NCBI GenBank assembly: GCA_052279835.1
Contig: CP181291.1
Coordinates: forward strand, 3,232,001 to 3,296,000
DNA: 64,000 nt
Source of the DNA: Microcoleus sp.
GTDB taxonomy: Bacteria > Cyanobacteriota > Cyanobacteriia > Cyanobacteriales > Microcoleaceae
Reading direction: 5' to 3'
Shown: positions 31,556 to 40,090 of the stretch, piece after piece
How positions within the stretch are numbered: the first letter of the stretch is position 1
Layout: every line of letters starts with the position of its first letter
The notes under the pieces: generated by a model
What the model saw: the letters and a program-made list of their open reading frames with translations, nothing else
What the model was told of the DNA's origin: nothing
Database searches by the model: none
Program-made: the position numbers and the translations under genes

Positions 31556-32731
31556 TTAGTTGCTCATAAATGGTTTCTCAAAGATTATATGAAAAATATA
31601 AGCACTCAAGAGGCATAGTGGTAATCCTAATAGTGAAAGTAGGATAAAATTGACTAAAGGTGTTCGCATTACATCTTTGAGACCGAATTGAAGTAGTGCC
31701 ATTGCTATGGTGTGTACTAAGTACAGGCTATAAGAAAAAGACCCTAATTTAACTAGCCATCGCCCTTCTAATATCTTCAAAATACCTTGGAAATTAGTTT
31801 TTAATCCCTCCGATAAAAACCGCGTGCAGGAGATAATTAACCCCGTAGCTACTAGACCCAATAAAATATCGTCAAAAATGATGTTTACTTGAATCAGATC
31901 GAAGGCATTGGCAATGACTAAACTAATCCAAATTCCACCTAGTAGACTCGTCACTAAATCCCAAGGAAATCTTTCTTTCAATTTTACTAAGGATTGCTTT
32001 TTAGAAAATCCGATCGTGGCACCAATCATGCCTAGTGTAAATAGGATTATGTACCACCAATGGGCGATGCGAAAACCAATTACAGCACCAAATATACTCG
32101 CCACAACTAAGACAGGTATGATGCCAAAGCGTCGCCATACAGGTAGTAGTAAAAATGCAAACACGAAATAGATTTGCCATTCTAGTGCTACACTCCACAT
32201 GGGGGGATTGATCAGGAAGACCCATTGACCCTTGAGGTTATGAAGCAGCAATAAGTGTGATAAGATGCCATCTAGAGTGAAAGCAGGTTGTCCAGAATTC
32301 CAATGCCATCCTGTAGCAGACATTAAAGTTGCTGGTACTAAAGCTGACAACAGCAAGGAAAAGAAAAGGGCTGCGTAATAAGGAGGTAAAATTCTTCGGG
32401 CGCGTCGCTTGATGTAATTAACAACTCCACCTCGCAGTTTACCATCGCTAGATTTAGCAACAGGTAACATTAAACAATAGCCAGAAAGCACAATGAAGAT
32501 GGCAACACTGGATGCTCCATGAGACATGAAGACTTCTATTATTGAGTTCAACAAGTAAGGGAATTTTATTATTCCTGATTTGGTGTTAATGACATCAAGA
32601 TAAATGTGAAACCAGACTACGTAGAGAGCTGCAATCCCCCGCATTCCATCTAAAAATTCAAGCCGAATTCTTGTAGATTTGGCGGGATTTAATTGTTCTG
32701 CTGAGGATTGAGATAATTCAATTCTAGACAT
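31556..32731 (-). CDS. Acyltransferase family 3 (OafA-like) membrane protein
   Basis: LDGMRGIAA, FIVLSG, RRARRILPPY, WSVALEWQIY, SYSLYLVH, IFEKP. Confidence 0.9.
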   Translation of the reverse strand: MSRIELSQSSAEQLNPAKSTRIRLEFLDGMRGIAALYVVWFHIYLDVINTKSGIIKFPYLLNSIIEVFMSHGASSVAIFIVLSGYCLMLPVAKSSDGKLRGGVVNYIKRRARRILPPYYAALFFSLLLSALVPATLMSATGWHWNSGQPAFTLDGILSHLLLLHNLKGQWVFLINPPMWSVALEWQIYFVFAFLLLPVWRRFGIIPVLVVASIFGAVIGFRIAHWWYIILFTLGMIGATIGFSKKQSLVKLKERFPWDLVTSLLGGIWISLVIANAFDLIQVNIIFDDILLGLVATGLIISCTRFLSEGLKTNFQGILKILEGRWLVKLGSFSYSLYLVHTIAMALLQFGLKDVMRTPLVNFILLSLLGLPLCLLSAYIFHIIFEKPFMSN

Positions 32732-32745
32732 GAAACTCCGTAATA

Positions 32746-33261
32746 TTATTCAGAGAAAGTGCGATCGCTATTGGAAGGGGGGTCGATTTTTTTGACAACT
32801 CTCGCAGGTATTCCCGCCACAATACTATAAGGCTCTACGTCTTTATTCACTAGGGAACCAGCAGCTACTACTGAATGCTCTCCTATGATGCAAGGACCAA
32901 TCACCGTCACATTACTAGCCAGCCAAGCTCCTTCTTTGATGATGACATCTCTGCCAAAGCCTGGAACAGTGATTTGTCTTTCACGACCAAACTTGTTATA
33001 ATCATGGGTTCCTGTTAAAACTGAAACATTCAGTCCAAAAAATACATATTCTCCTATTTTGATGTCGCCGGAGATTGTATTAAAAGTAGCATTGTTAATC
33101 ACCGCAGTTTCTGCTATTTGCAAACGGTCTTCATTCCCGTAAAGCAAGTATTTGAATAGAAAGCGGGTTTCCATGTATCTGTCGATCGCCAAATTTCCTA
33201 TTTTGGAAAATAACTTATCGTAAATTTTAATTACCAGCAGCTTAATTTTTTTTTTGATCAT
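32746..33261 (-). CDS. Hexapeptide-repeat O-acetyltransferase
   Basis: VLTGTHD, IGEHSVVAAGSLVNKDVEPYSIVAGIPAR. AAGGAG RBS favours ATG 33261. Confidence 0.88.
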   Translation of the reverse strand: MIKKKIKLLVIKIYDKLFSKIGNLAIDRYMETRFLFKYLLYGNEDRLQIAETAVINNATFNTISGDIKIGEYVFFGLNVSVLTGTHDYNKFGRERQITVPGFGRDVIIKEGAWLASNVTVIGPCIIGEHSVVAAGSLVNKDVEPYSIVAGIPARVVKKIDPPSNSDRTFSE

Positions 33262-33421
33262 TGTCAAACTCCTTATTTACTCTTAGATTTCTCCCAAAAC
33301 AACGAGTTTTTGGCTGGCTCGATGCCAAACCAAAGCAAAATTTCGGGGAAGTCTCACCACATTTACGCTTCTTTCAAATTCTAGTTGAAAGTGGGGGAAT
33401 AATCTCTAATTTATGATTTTT

Positions 33422-33916
33422 TCAAATTGTAGTTGCAGGGGGGGGAATAATTTCTAAACCGTAGTTTGGCGCCAGGGCCAAAACTTTTTCGAGATCTGCG
33501 GGGGAAACGGGAGGTGGTAGCACCGACTGTTGTGTCGCTATGGTACCTACTTCGACAAAAAATTTCTCTAATCCTGCTGGTGTCACCCAACACAGCATTT
33601 TTGCGGGAAGGGAGCCGATATTTGTAAATCTGTGAAGTTGTCCTTTGGGAGAATGAAGGAAAGTTCCAGCAGTGGCGACGATTATTTGTCGATCGAGTTC
33701 AAACTCAAACTCTCCTTCTTGAATATAAAATGCTTCGTCTTCCTGGGTGTGAATATGTGGTGGCGTGCCACTGTGGGGTTGTACCAAAATCTCGACGAGG
33801 GCATAAGCTTGAGCTGTCTCTTCACCCACCGCTTTAAATGTATATAAATCTCCGAGTACCCAGTAGGATGCACCTTGACCGGGTGTCTTAAATATGCCGT
33901 CAGTTTTGACTGTCAT
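33422..33916 (-). CDS. Cupin domain protein (quercetin 2,3-dioxygenase-like)
   Basis: PPHIHTQEDEAFY, PKGQLHRF, TPAGLEKFF. Confidence 0.85.
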   Translation of the reverse strand: MTVKTDGIFKTPGQGASYWVLGDLYTFKAVGEETAQAYALVEILVQPHSGTPPHIHTQEDEAFYIQEGEFEFELDRQIIVATAGTFLHSPKGQLHRFTNIGSLPAKMLCWVTPAGLEKFFVEVGTIATQQSVLPPPVSPADLEKVLALAPNYGLEIIPPPATTI

Positions 33917-34062
33917 AGACCCACCTTTCTTGGAATTAACGGGCGTTAGCTATGGGCGATTCGTTACCAGGGATTGAGGATGGGAAATACGAGGTATCTA
34001 CCTGTGATCTCATCCCCAGAATCTCCAATTAGGGAATTTTACCAAAACATGACAACAGAGAG

Positions 34063-35079
34063 TTAATCTGTTGATTTTTCTAAACTTTGAACTGATTCAA
34101 TCAAATCTCGGATGGTGTTAGTACCTTCTGAACTCTCAAAGGATAAGGGGAATTTGCCGCGAGCGATCATTCTTAAACCCAAGGGGCCGAGACTTAATAA
34201 ACCTTGGACATCGCGGAAGTAGTTTCCTACTACTTCGATGCCAAATTTACGCTCGTCTATCCAGCCACCTTCTTTGACTAGATTGATTAAGACTTTGCGG
34301 TGGCGAATCGATCGACTGGCTTGGTCATCTTTGCGATCGAGAATCTCTTGTTTAATCTTACCAATTTGATCCATCGGCGCAACTTCCATTGGGCAAACCG
34401 AGTTGCAGTAGTAACAACGGGTACATCCCCAAACGCCTTCGGTGCCTTGGTTATATTTTTCCAGGCGATTTTCTGTATCGCTATCGCGGGAGTCGGCGAT
34501 GGTGCGATAAGCTTTGGCTAGGGCGTGGGGCCCGACAAATTCTGGGTTGACTTCGCGGGCGTTGCACTCAGAATAGCACGCGCCACAGAGGATGCAATTG
34601 CCTGTTTGGTCGAGTTTCGATCGCTCTTCTGGTGTTTGCAGAAATTCGCGTTCTGGCACTGCTCGCCCGGAAGTGCTGACATAGGGGTCAACGGCTTCCA
34701 GGTTGTCCCAAAAACTGGTCATATCGACGACCAAATCTTTGATTACGGGCATATTTCCCATGGGGGCGATCGTAATTTCTGGGATGAAATCAGTGGGTTT
34801 TTCTGCCGAACTGAAATTAGCTATTTTGTCAAGTCTTGCGAGTTCGCTGCCAACATTTTCTTTGCAAGCTAATGCCGATCGACCATTAATCCGCATGGAA
34901 CAACTACCACAAATTGTGTTACGGCAATTTTTGCGGTAGGCTAAGGTGCCATCCTGTTCCCACTTAATGCTGTTGAGGCAGTCGAGGATAGTATTGCTTT
35001 CTTCTACCTCTAGGGTGTAAGTATGAACGCGGGGAGGCTCGTTTTGATTTTGGCGAACTACATTAAAACGGACTTGCAT
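34063..35079 (-). CDS. sdhB: Succinate dehydrogenase/fumarate reductase iron-sulfur subunit
   Basis: CRNTICGSC, CILCGACYSEC, CTRCYYCNSVCP. Confidence 0.93.
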   Translation of the reverse strand: MQVRFNVVRQNQNEPPRVHTYTLEVEESNTILDCLNSIKWEQDGTLAYRKNCRNTICGSCSMRINGRSALACKENVGSELARLDKIANFSSAEKPTDFIPEITIAPMGNMPVIKDLVVDMTSFWDNLEAVDPYVSTSGRAVPEREFLQTPEERSKLDQTGNCILCGACYSECNAREVNPEFVGPHALAKAYRTIADSRDSDTENRLEKYNQGTEGVWGCTRCYYCNSVCPMEVAPMDQIGKIKQEILDRKDDQASRSIRHRKVLINLVKEGGWIDERKFGIEVVGNYFRDVQGLLSLGPLGLRMIARGKFPLSFESSEGTNTIRDLIESVQSLEKSTD

Positions 35080-35398
35080 AGTTTCGGCTAGGAAGTTTTC
35101 GTATATTTTAAGCTGAAATTTTTGGTTATTTAAAAAGCTATTAATTATTTAATATGTAAGTATTTATCAAAAACCGCCGTAAATTCCGCACAGCCTTGGT
35201 CAATTTATGGGGGTTTTTTAGGCGATCGCACTGATTTTAACAGAGAGAGCGATCGGCTAATATGGGAACTTGGTTGAGCTTGCAATGTTGGTGCGTCCGC
35301 GGCCCTAGACACTTAGAAAAACCTAGCATCCTGACCACAAGCCCCTGGATTCATCTGTAGGTTCAATCTCAAATCTCAAATCTAAAATCTAAAATTCG

Positions 35399-36130
35399 AT
35401 GACTTACAGCTTGAGAATTGTCGATTTACCGACAAGTGAACGGCCGCGGGAGCGCTTGATGGCTAGTGGCCCAAAAAGTTTGGCGACTGCGGAACTGATT
35501 GCGATTCTGCTCGGTACTGGGCAGGGAAAGGGCAAGCTTTCGGCTGTGGGGTTGGGACAATATATTTTAAATCAGTTGAGCCAGCACCAACGAGACCCTC
35601 TGGCTGTGCTGCGGGATATTAGCGTGCAGGAGTTGACCCAGATTCACGGGATTGGTCCTGCTAAGGCGACGGGGATTTTGGCTGCGGTAGAATTGGGTAA
35701 GCGGGTGTTTCAGTCGCGGCCACCGGATTTGGCAATTGTTGACTCTCCCCAATCGGCTGCGGCTGCTCTGAGTCAGGATTTGATGTGGCAGTCTCAGGAA
35801 CGTTTTGCTGTGGTGTTGCTGGATGTAAAAAATCGGCTGCTGGGAACTCAGGTAATTACCATCGGCACTGCGACGGAGACTTTGGCTCACCCTAGGGATA
35901 TTTTTCGGGAGGTAATCCGTCAAGGGGCCACCAGGGCGATTATTTCCCACAATCATCCATCGGGAAATCTGGAACCAAGCCCGGAGGATATTGCTTTGAC
36001 ACGACAGTTGCTGGCTGGCGCCCAGTTTTTGTGTATTCCCTTGTTAGATCATTTGATTTTGGGAAATGGCGATTTTCGGAGCTTACGACAGACTACAACT
36101 CTTTGGGACGAGTATCCCCAGGGAGATTGA
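35399..36130 (+). CDS. radC: RadC family JAB-domain protein
   Basis: ERPRERL, Hh[45 protein letters not shown] heptamers lie just upstream. Confidence 0.93.
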   Translation: MTYSLRIVDLPTSERPRERLMASGPKSLATAELIAILLGTGQGKGKLSAVGLGQYILNQLSQHQRDPLAVLRDISVQELTQIHGIGPAKATGILAAVELGKRVFQSRPPDLAIVDSPQSAAAALSQDLMWQSQERFAVVLLDVKNRLLGTQVITIGTATETLAHPRDIFREVIRQGATRAIISHNHPSGNLEPSPEDIALTRQLLAGAQFLCIPLLDHLILGNGDFRSLRQTTTLWDEYPQGD

Positions 36131-36447
36131 CATCTTCTACTTAACTAACTCCATCACTATCATTAGTTATTTGTATATTTGGGTGATTCAATGGCTGAAT
36201 CACCGATTACAGAAGGCAAATTTTGTGGCTCGATCGCTCTGGGGCAGAGTGTTTGGTCTGAATGTCGCTACTGATACTCCGTGGAGAACACAACTCGGTT
36301 AATCTAGTAATGGTGGGCTGAAGAGATCGCTAATTTGATTTTTTTCTAGCATACTGAACGTATACTGTACCAGCACCTAGGGGCCCAATTCTTAAGAAAT
36401 TATGAAATTGGGTATAAAATAAACGGCGTGGTGATAGGAGAAAAACT

Positions 36448-36792
36448 GTGTTTCTGAGACTTGCAGAACAACACCGTAAATTCGTCCAAGATTTGGTAAT
36501 GAACCTCCAAGCTTTAGCGATCGTGCTAGAGCATCGGGGTTATCTGGCATCCTGCTACACTTGCGGGGGTCAGATGAACAGTGCCTCATTTATGGTCAGT
36601 TTGACGGATAATCATCTGATTCGATTTTTAGTGTCAGATTATGGTATCACTTGGACTGAGATGCGGGACGATCGGGAACTGATGAAACTAGAAGGTGCAG
36701 AAGCGATTAGTCAGTTACAAGAACTGGCAAACCTCGTCAAGTACCATATCCAACCTTCGGAAGCTACTTTGGCTACGGCCCAACGAGTCTAG
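36448..36792 (+). CDS. DUF1815 family protein
   Basis: MFLRLAEQHRKFVQDLVMNLQALAIVLE..ASCYTCG, a conserved cyanobacterial family. GTG start after AGGAG. Confidence 0.85.
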   Translation: MFLRLAEQHRKFVQDLVMNLQALAIVLEHRGYLASCYTCGGQMNSASFMVSLTDNHLIRFLVSDYGITWTEMRDDRELMKLEGAEAISQLQELANLVKYHIQPSEATLATAQRV

Positions 36793-37322
36793 CGATGGCT
36801 TTTATCCGAAGGAGCCGACAGCGAAAGTCTATGCTTCCCTGCTGCCAACCACTCCCCAGGGAGTATGTTGAGAAGGCCAGAAGTTGCGGAGCGATCGCAA
36901 CTCTACTGACAAGAGTCCTTTGAGTGACTTCTAACTAAGTGGTTTGAGACTCTCAGTCTAGCCCTAGAGAAGCTTTTCTCGGCACCAGCAGACGGTATAG
37001 TTAATGCCATTGCGTCTAATGGTCGGGACTGCCAGTTTTTTTGGCATCGATCGAAGGAAAAATTCGAGGGTAGCGAGCAGCAAGCAAAATAACTCAACAT
37101 TTGTGGTAAAACCTTTACAAATCTCTTGATGGTATGCTATGTTTATACTATAGGGGTCAAATTTATGTTGAAGCAAAAAGTTGTTCGTGTTACAGCCACG
37201 CCCGTTTGAACTTGAAGATGGGTCAATATTCCCTCATGCAGTTGAGTTGGAAGATGTGCCTAGTCCAGAAGAGTTTCAGAAGTTCTATGACCATTGGTTT
37301 TCTATCTTTGAGGATTTAGCCA

Positions 37323-37928
37323 ATGGAGAAACTTCTGACGATCGGACAAGTTGCCAAGCAGCTTAATGTTACAGTTAAGACTCTGAGGCTGTGGGATGAA
37401 GAAGCTAAATTATCTGCCCTACGGACTCCTGGTAAACATAGAATGTATCGAGAGTCCGATATTGCAAAGTTTATAGGCACTTATATAGAAGATAAATCAG
37501 TTGAGTTACCAGTCTGTGTTTACTGTAGAGTTAGTAGCCATGACCAGAAGCAAAAAGGTGATTTAGAGCGTCAGCAAGGCAGAGTTTTAAATTACTGCGC
37601 CAATCAAGGTTACAAGGTTGAATATTCATTGGCAGAAGTTGCTTCTGGTATGTCTGATACTAGAGCTAAGTTGCATAAATTGTTCCGGCTTGCGATTGAT
37701 AAGAAGATTTCCAAACTAATCATTGAACATCGAGATAGACTGTGCAGATTTAACTTTGAAATATTTAAGTTATTTTTCGAGACTCATGGTGTTGAAGTTG
37801 AATATATGGAAGAGACTTTACCTAAAACATATGAAGCTGAGTTAGTAGAAGATATGCTGTCACTAATGTCTTCTTTCTCAGCTAGGATTTACGGCAAACG
37901 TTCTGCAGAACGAAGGAAGAAGAAATGA
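37323..37928 (+). CDS. tnpA: IS607 transposase (MerR-like HTH + serine recombinase)
   Basis: LTIGQVAKQLNVTVKTLRLWD, RTPGKHRMY, YCRVSS, DLERQ, HRDRLCRF, ELVEDML..FSARIYGKRS. Confidence 0.95.
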   Translation: MEKLLTIGQVAKQLNVTVKTLRLWDEEAKLSALRTPGKHRMYRESDIAKFIGTYIEDKSVELPVCVYCRVSSHDQKQKGDLERQQGRVLNYCANQGYKVEYSLAEVASGMSDTRAKLHKLFRLAIDKKISKLIIEHRDRLCRFNFEIFKLFFETHGVEVEYMEETLPKTYEAELVEDMLSLMSSFSARIYGKRSAERRKKK

Positions 37929-39163
37929 TTTTAGTAGAGAGACACATCATTAAACAATCCCATCAGCATTGGCAGTCCATAGATCGACTATCTTTCTTAT
38001 CTAAGAATCTCTACAATGCAGCTAATTACATCTGTCGTCAATACTTCTTTGCTAGTAGTAAGAAATATAGTCTCACCGACTTATATCATCTGATTAAAAA
38101 TTCAGTTGACTATCGTGCATTACCGACTAAAGTTAGCAAACAAATCATTAAGCGTCTGGTTTCTACTTGGACAGGTTACTTTGAAGCTTACAAAGAATGG
38201 CAGCGGCATCCGGGTAAGTTCTTAGGTAAACCCAAAATACCAAGATATAAGGATAAAATCAAAGGACGCAATCTAGTTATTTACCACCATGAGTCAGTTT
38301 ACAAAGCGGAACTTAAGAAAGGAATCTGCCATTTATCGATGAGTGAGATTAAGATTCCCACTAAAGTAGATAACATTGTGGAAGTGAGATTAGTACCTCG
38401 TGCCACTTGTTATATAGTAGAAATAGTCTATTACAAGCAGGAGCAACAACGAGAGTCTAGTCATTATGTGGCTGGTATTGACCTGGGCTTAACTAACTTA
38501 GTAGCCCTAACTTCAAACCAACCAGGTTTCAGACCTATTCTGATTAATGGACGACCGCTCAAGTCGGTAAACCAATTTTATAACAAGACTAAAGCTCAAT
38601 TACAAACTCAATTAGAAGGGGAGCGTAAAACAAGTAAGAGAATTCAATCTCTGACTGCCTATCGCCATCGCTATGTTGACAATTATCTGCACAATACAAG
38701 CCGAGGAATTGTCAATCTACTACAAGAGTCAGAGATTGGTATCTTAGTAATTGGTAAGAATGAAAACTGGAAACAGAATGTGAATATAGGTAAAATAAAT
38801 AATCAGTCATTCACACAGATTCCCCATGCAAGATTAATTGACCAAATTACATATAAATGTCAATTAGCAGGAATCAAAGTCGTAGTCACTGAAGAATCTT
38901 ATACCTCAAAGACGAGTGCTTTAGATTTAGAAACACCCCGCAAACACAATACCTACCTGGGTAAACGTGTCAAGAGAGGCTTGTTTCGCTCTCAGTCAGG
39001 AGTCAAACTCAATGCTGACGTTAATGGTTCCTTACAAATCACTAGAAAAGTATTCCCTAATGCCTATACAGTAGAAGGGATAGCGAGTGCAGCCGTTGCA
39101 CCTTTAAAGGTAACACCTTTATTAAGTGTCAAGAGTGAGCAAATGAAGATTTGTTCATTTTAA
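37925..39163 (+). CDS. tnpB: RNA-guided endonuclease TnpB with rearranged RuvC
   Basis: SKNLYN, GIDLG, VIGKN (no canonical Glu), TEESYTS, NADVNG; no Cys4 zinc finger. ATGA overlap with tnpA. Confidence 0.92.
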   Translation: MILVERHIIKQSHQHWQSIDRLSFLSKNLYNAANYICRQYFFASSKKYSLTDLYHLIKNSVDYRALPTKVSKQIIKRLVSTWTGYFEAYKEWQRHPGKFLGKPKIPRYKDKIKGRNLVIYHHESVYKAELKKGICHLSMSEIKIPTKVDNIVEVRLVPRATCYIVEIVYYKQEQQRESSHYVAGIDLGLTNLVALTSNQPGFRPILINGRPLKSVNQFYNKTKAQLQTQLEGERKTSKRIQSLTAYRHRYVDNYLHNTSRGIVNLLQESEIGILVIGKNENWKQNVNIGKINNQSFTQIPHARLIDQITYKCQLAGIKVVVTEESYTSKTSALDLETPRKHNTYLGKRVKRGLFRSQSGVKLNADVNGSLQITRKVFPNAYTVEGIASAAVAPLKVTPLLSVKSEQMKICSF

Positions 39164-39440
39164 CACGAACGGTATGTTAAATGGGTGAACTGCGTTGATT
39201 TTTGCCCTTTGATTTAGTCTATAAGACTAACAATTAATTTGAAGCAGCAGCAATGCTGTCGAAATCTCACAGCCGGCCTTAGCCGGCTAAGTTTTGTTTA
39301 AATGTATGTTTTCAGTTGGTTTCTATAATTTCCAATTGGTGTTGATTAAAGTTGACGATCGCCCTGGCAACCATAATATTTTATAATGTATTTAAAATTG
39401 CTCCGAAAAAATCGACCGGGAAGTTGAGAGTCAGAATCAA

Positions 39441-39920
39441 ATGGTAAATTTAAGCGAAATTCTAGAGCCTATAGCCAGTCAATTCCGCAGCCTGGGAATT
39501 CCCGAACCGATTACCCATTGGGGACACCCAGTCATGATGGGCATCGTGGTGGTAGCGATGGGCAGTTTTGTGGGTTATACAGGATGGCAAGGACGTTTGG
39601 CCACCGATAAAGACGTGGCAATCAAAAGTCGCTCCGATCACCGCAAACTTGCTCCCTGGATGTTTTTGTTCATCGCTTTGGGCTACACTGGCGGCTTGTT
39701 GTCTCTGGTGATGCAACACCAACCAGTCATGGAAAGTCCTCATTTTTGGACTGGTTCGACAATCATTGTATTGTTGACTGTTAATAGTTTGATTTCCCTA
39801 ACAGGTTTTGGCGGCGACAAGCTGGCACTGCGCGCTGTTCACGCTTATTTGGGCACGACAGCCCTGGCACTGATGGTACTCCACGCGGCTTTCGGTTTAA
39901 AATTGGGTTTGTCTATTTAA
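39441..39920 (+). CDS. DUF4079 family membrane protein
   Basis: HWGHPVMM, SPHFWTG, HAYLG; four TM helices with conserved His. Confidence 0.82.
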   Translation: MVNLSEILEPIASQFRSLGIPEPITHWGHPVMMGIVVVAMGSFVGYTGWQGRLATDKDVAIKSRSDHRKLAPWMFLFIALGYTGGLLSLVMQHQPVMESPHFWTGSTIIVLLTVNSLISLTGFGGDKLALRAVHAYLGTTALALMVLHAAFGLKLGLSI

Positions 39921-40090
39921 GAAAGTGGCGGGGGAACTCCGTCACTCAAAAAAGCCTTTGCAAAAAAGGAAAAAGAAGCCTGCGGTCTAACTGTACTCAG
40001 TTGACCTTCAGGTTTGTTCACGAGCATACCCACATCCCTGACTTCTGCGGTGAAGTCGGGGATATAATAGCTATGGTGTTTTAGGTTTAG

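Larger units (their letters stand above)
37131..39172 (+). mobile_element. IS607-family insertion sequence (tnpA serine recombinase + tnpB)
   Basis: tnpA/tnpB pair, AT-rich, no HIP1 seen. Ends inferred at GG dinucleotides: TTGAT-GG-TATGCTA (37131) and GAAC-GG-TATGTTA (39171). Long hairpin at 39126-39166. Confidence 0.8.

Noticed and set aside
35399..36130. radC as marker of an integrative element
   Set aside because: Full-length chromosomal form with HhH region, among housekeeping genes.
37106..37118. NtcA box upstream of IS607
   Set aside because: Spacing is GTA-N7-TAC, not GTA-N8-TAC.
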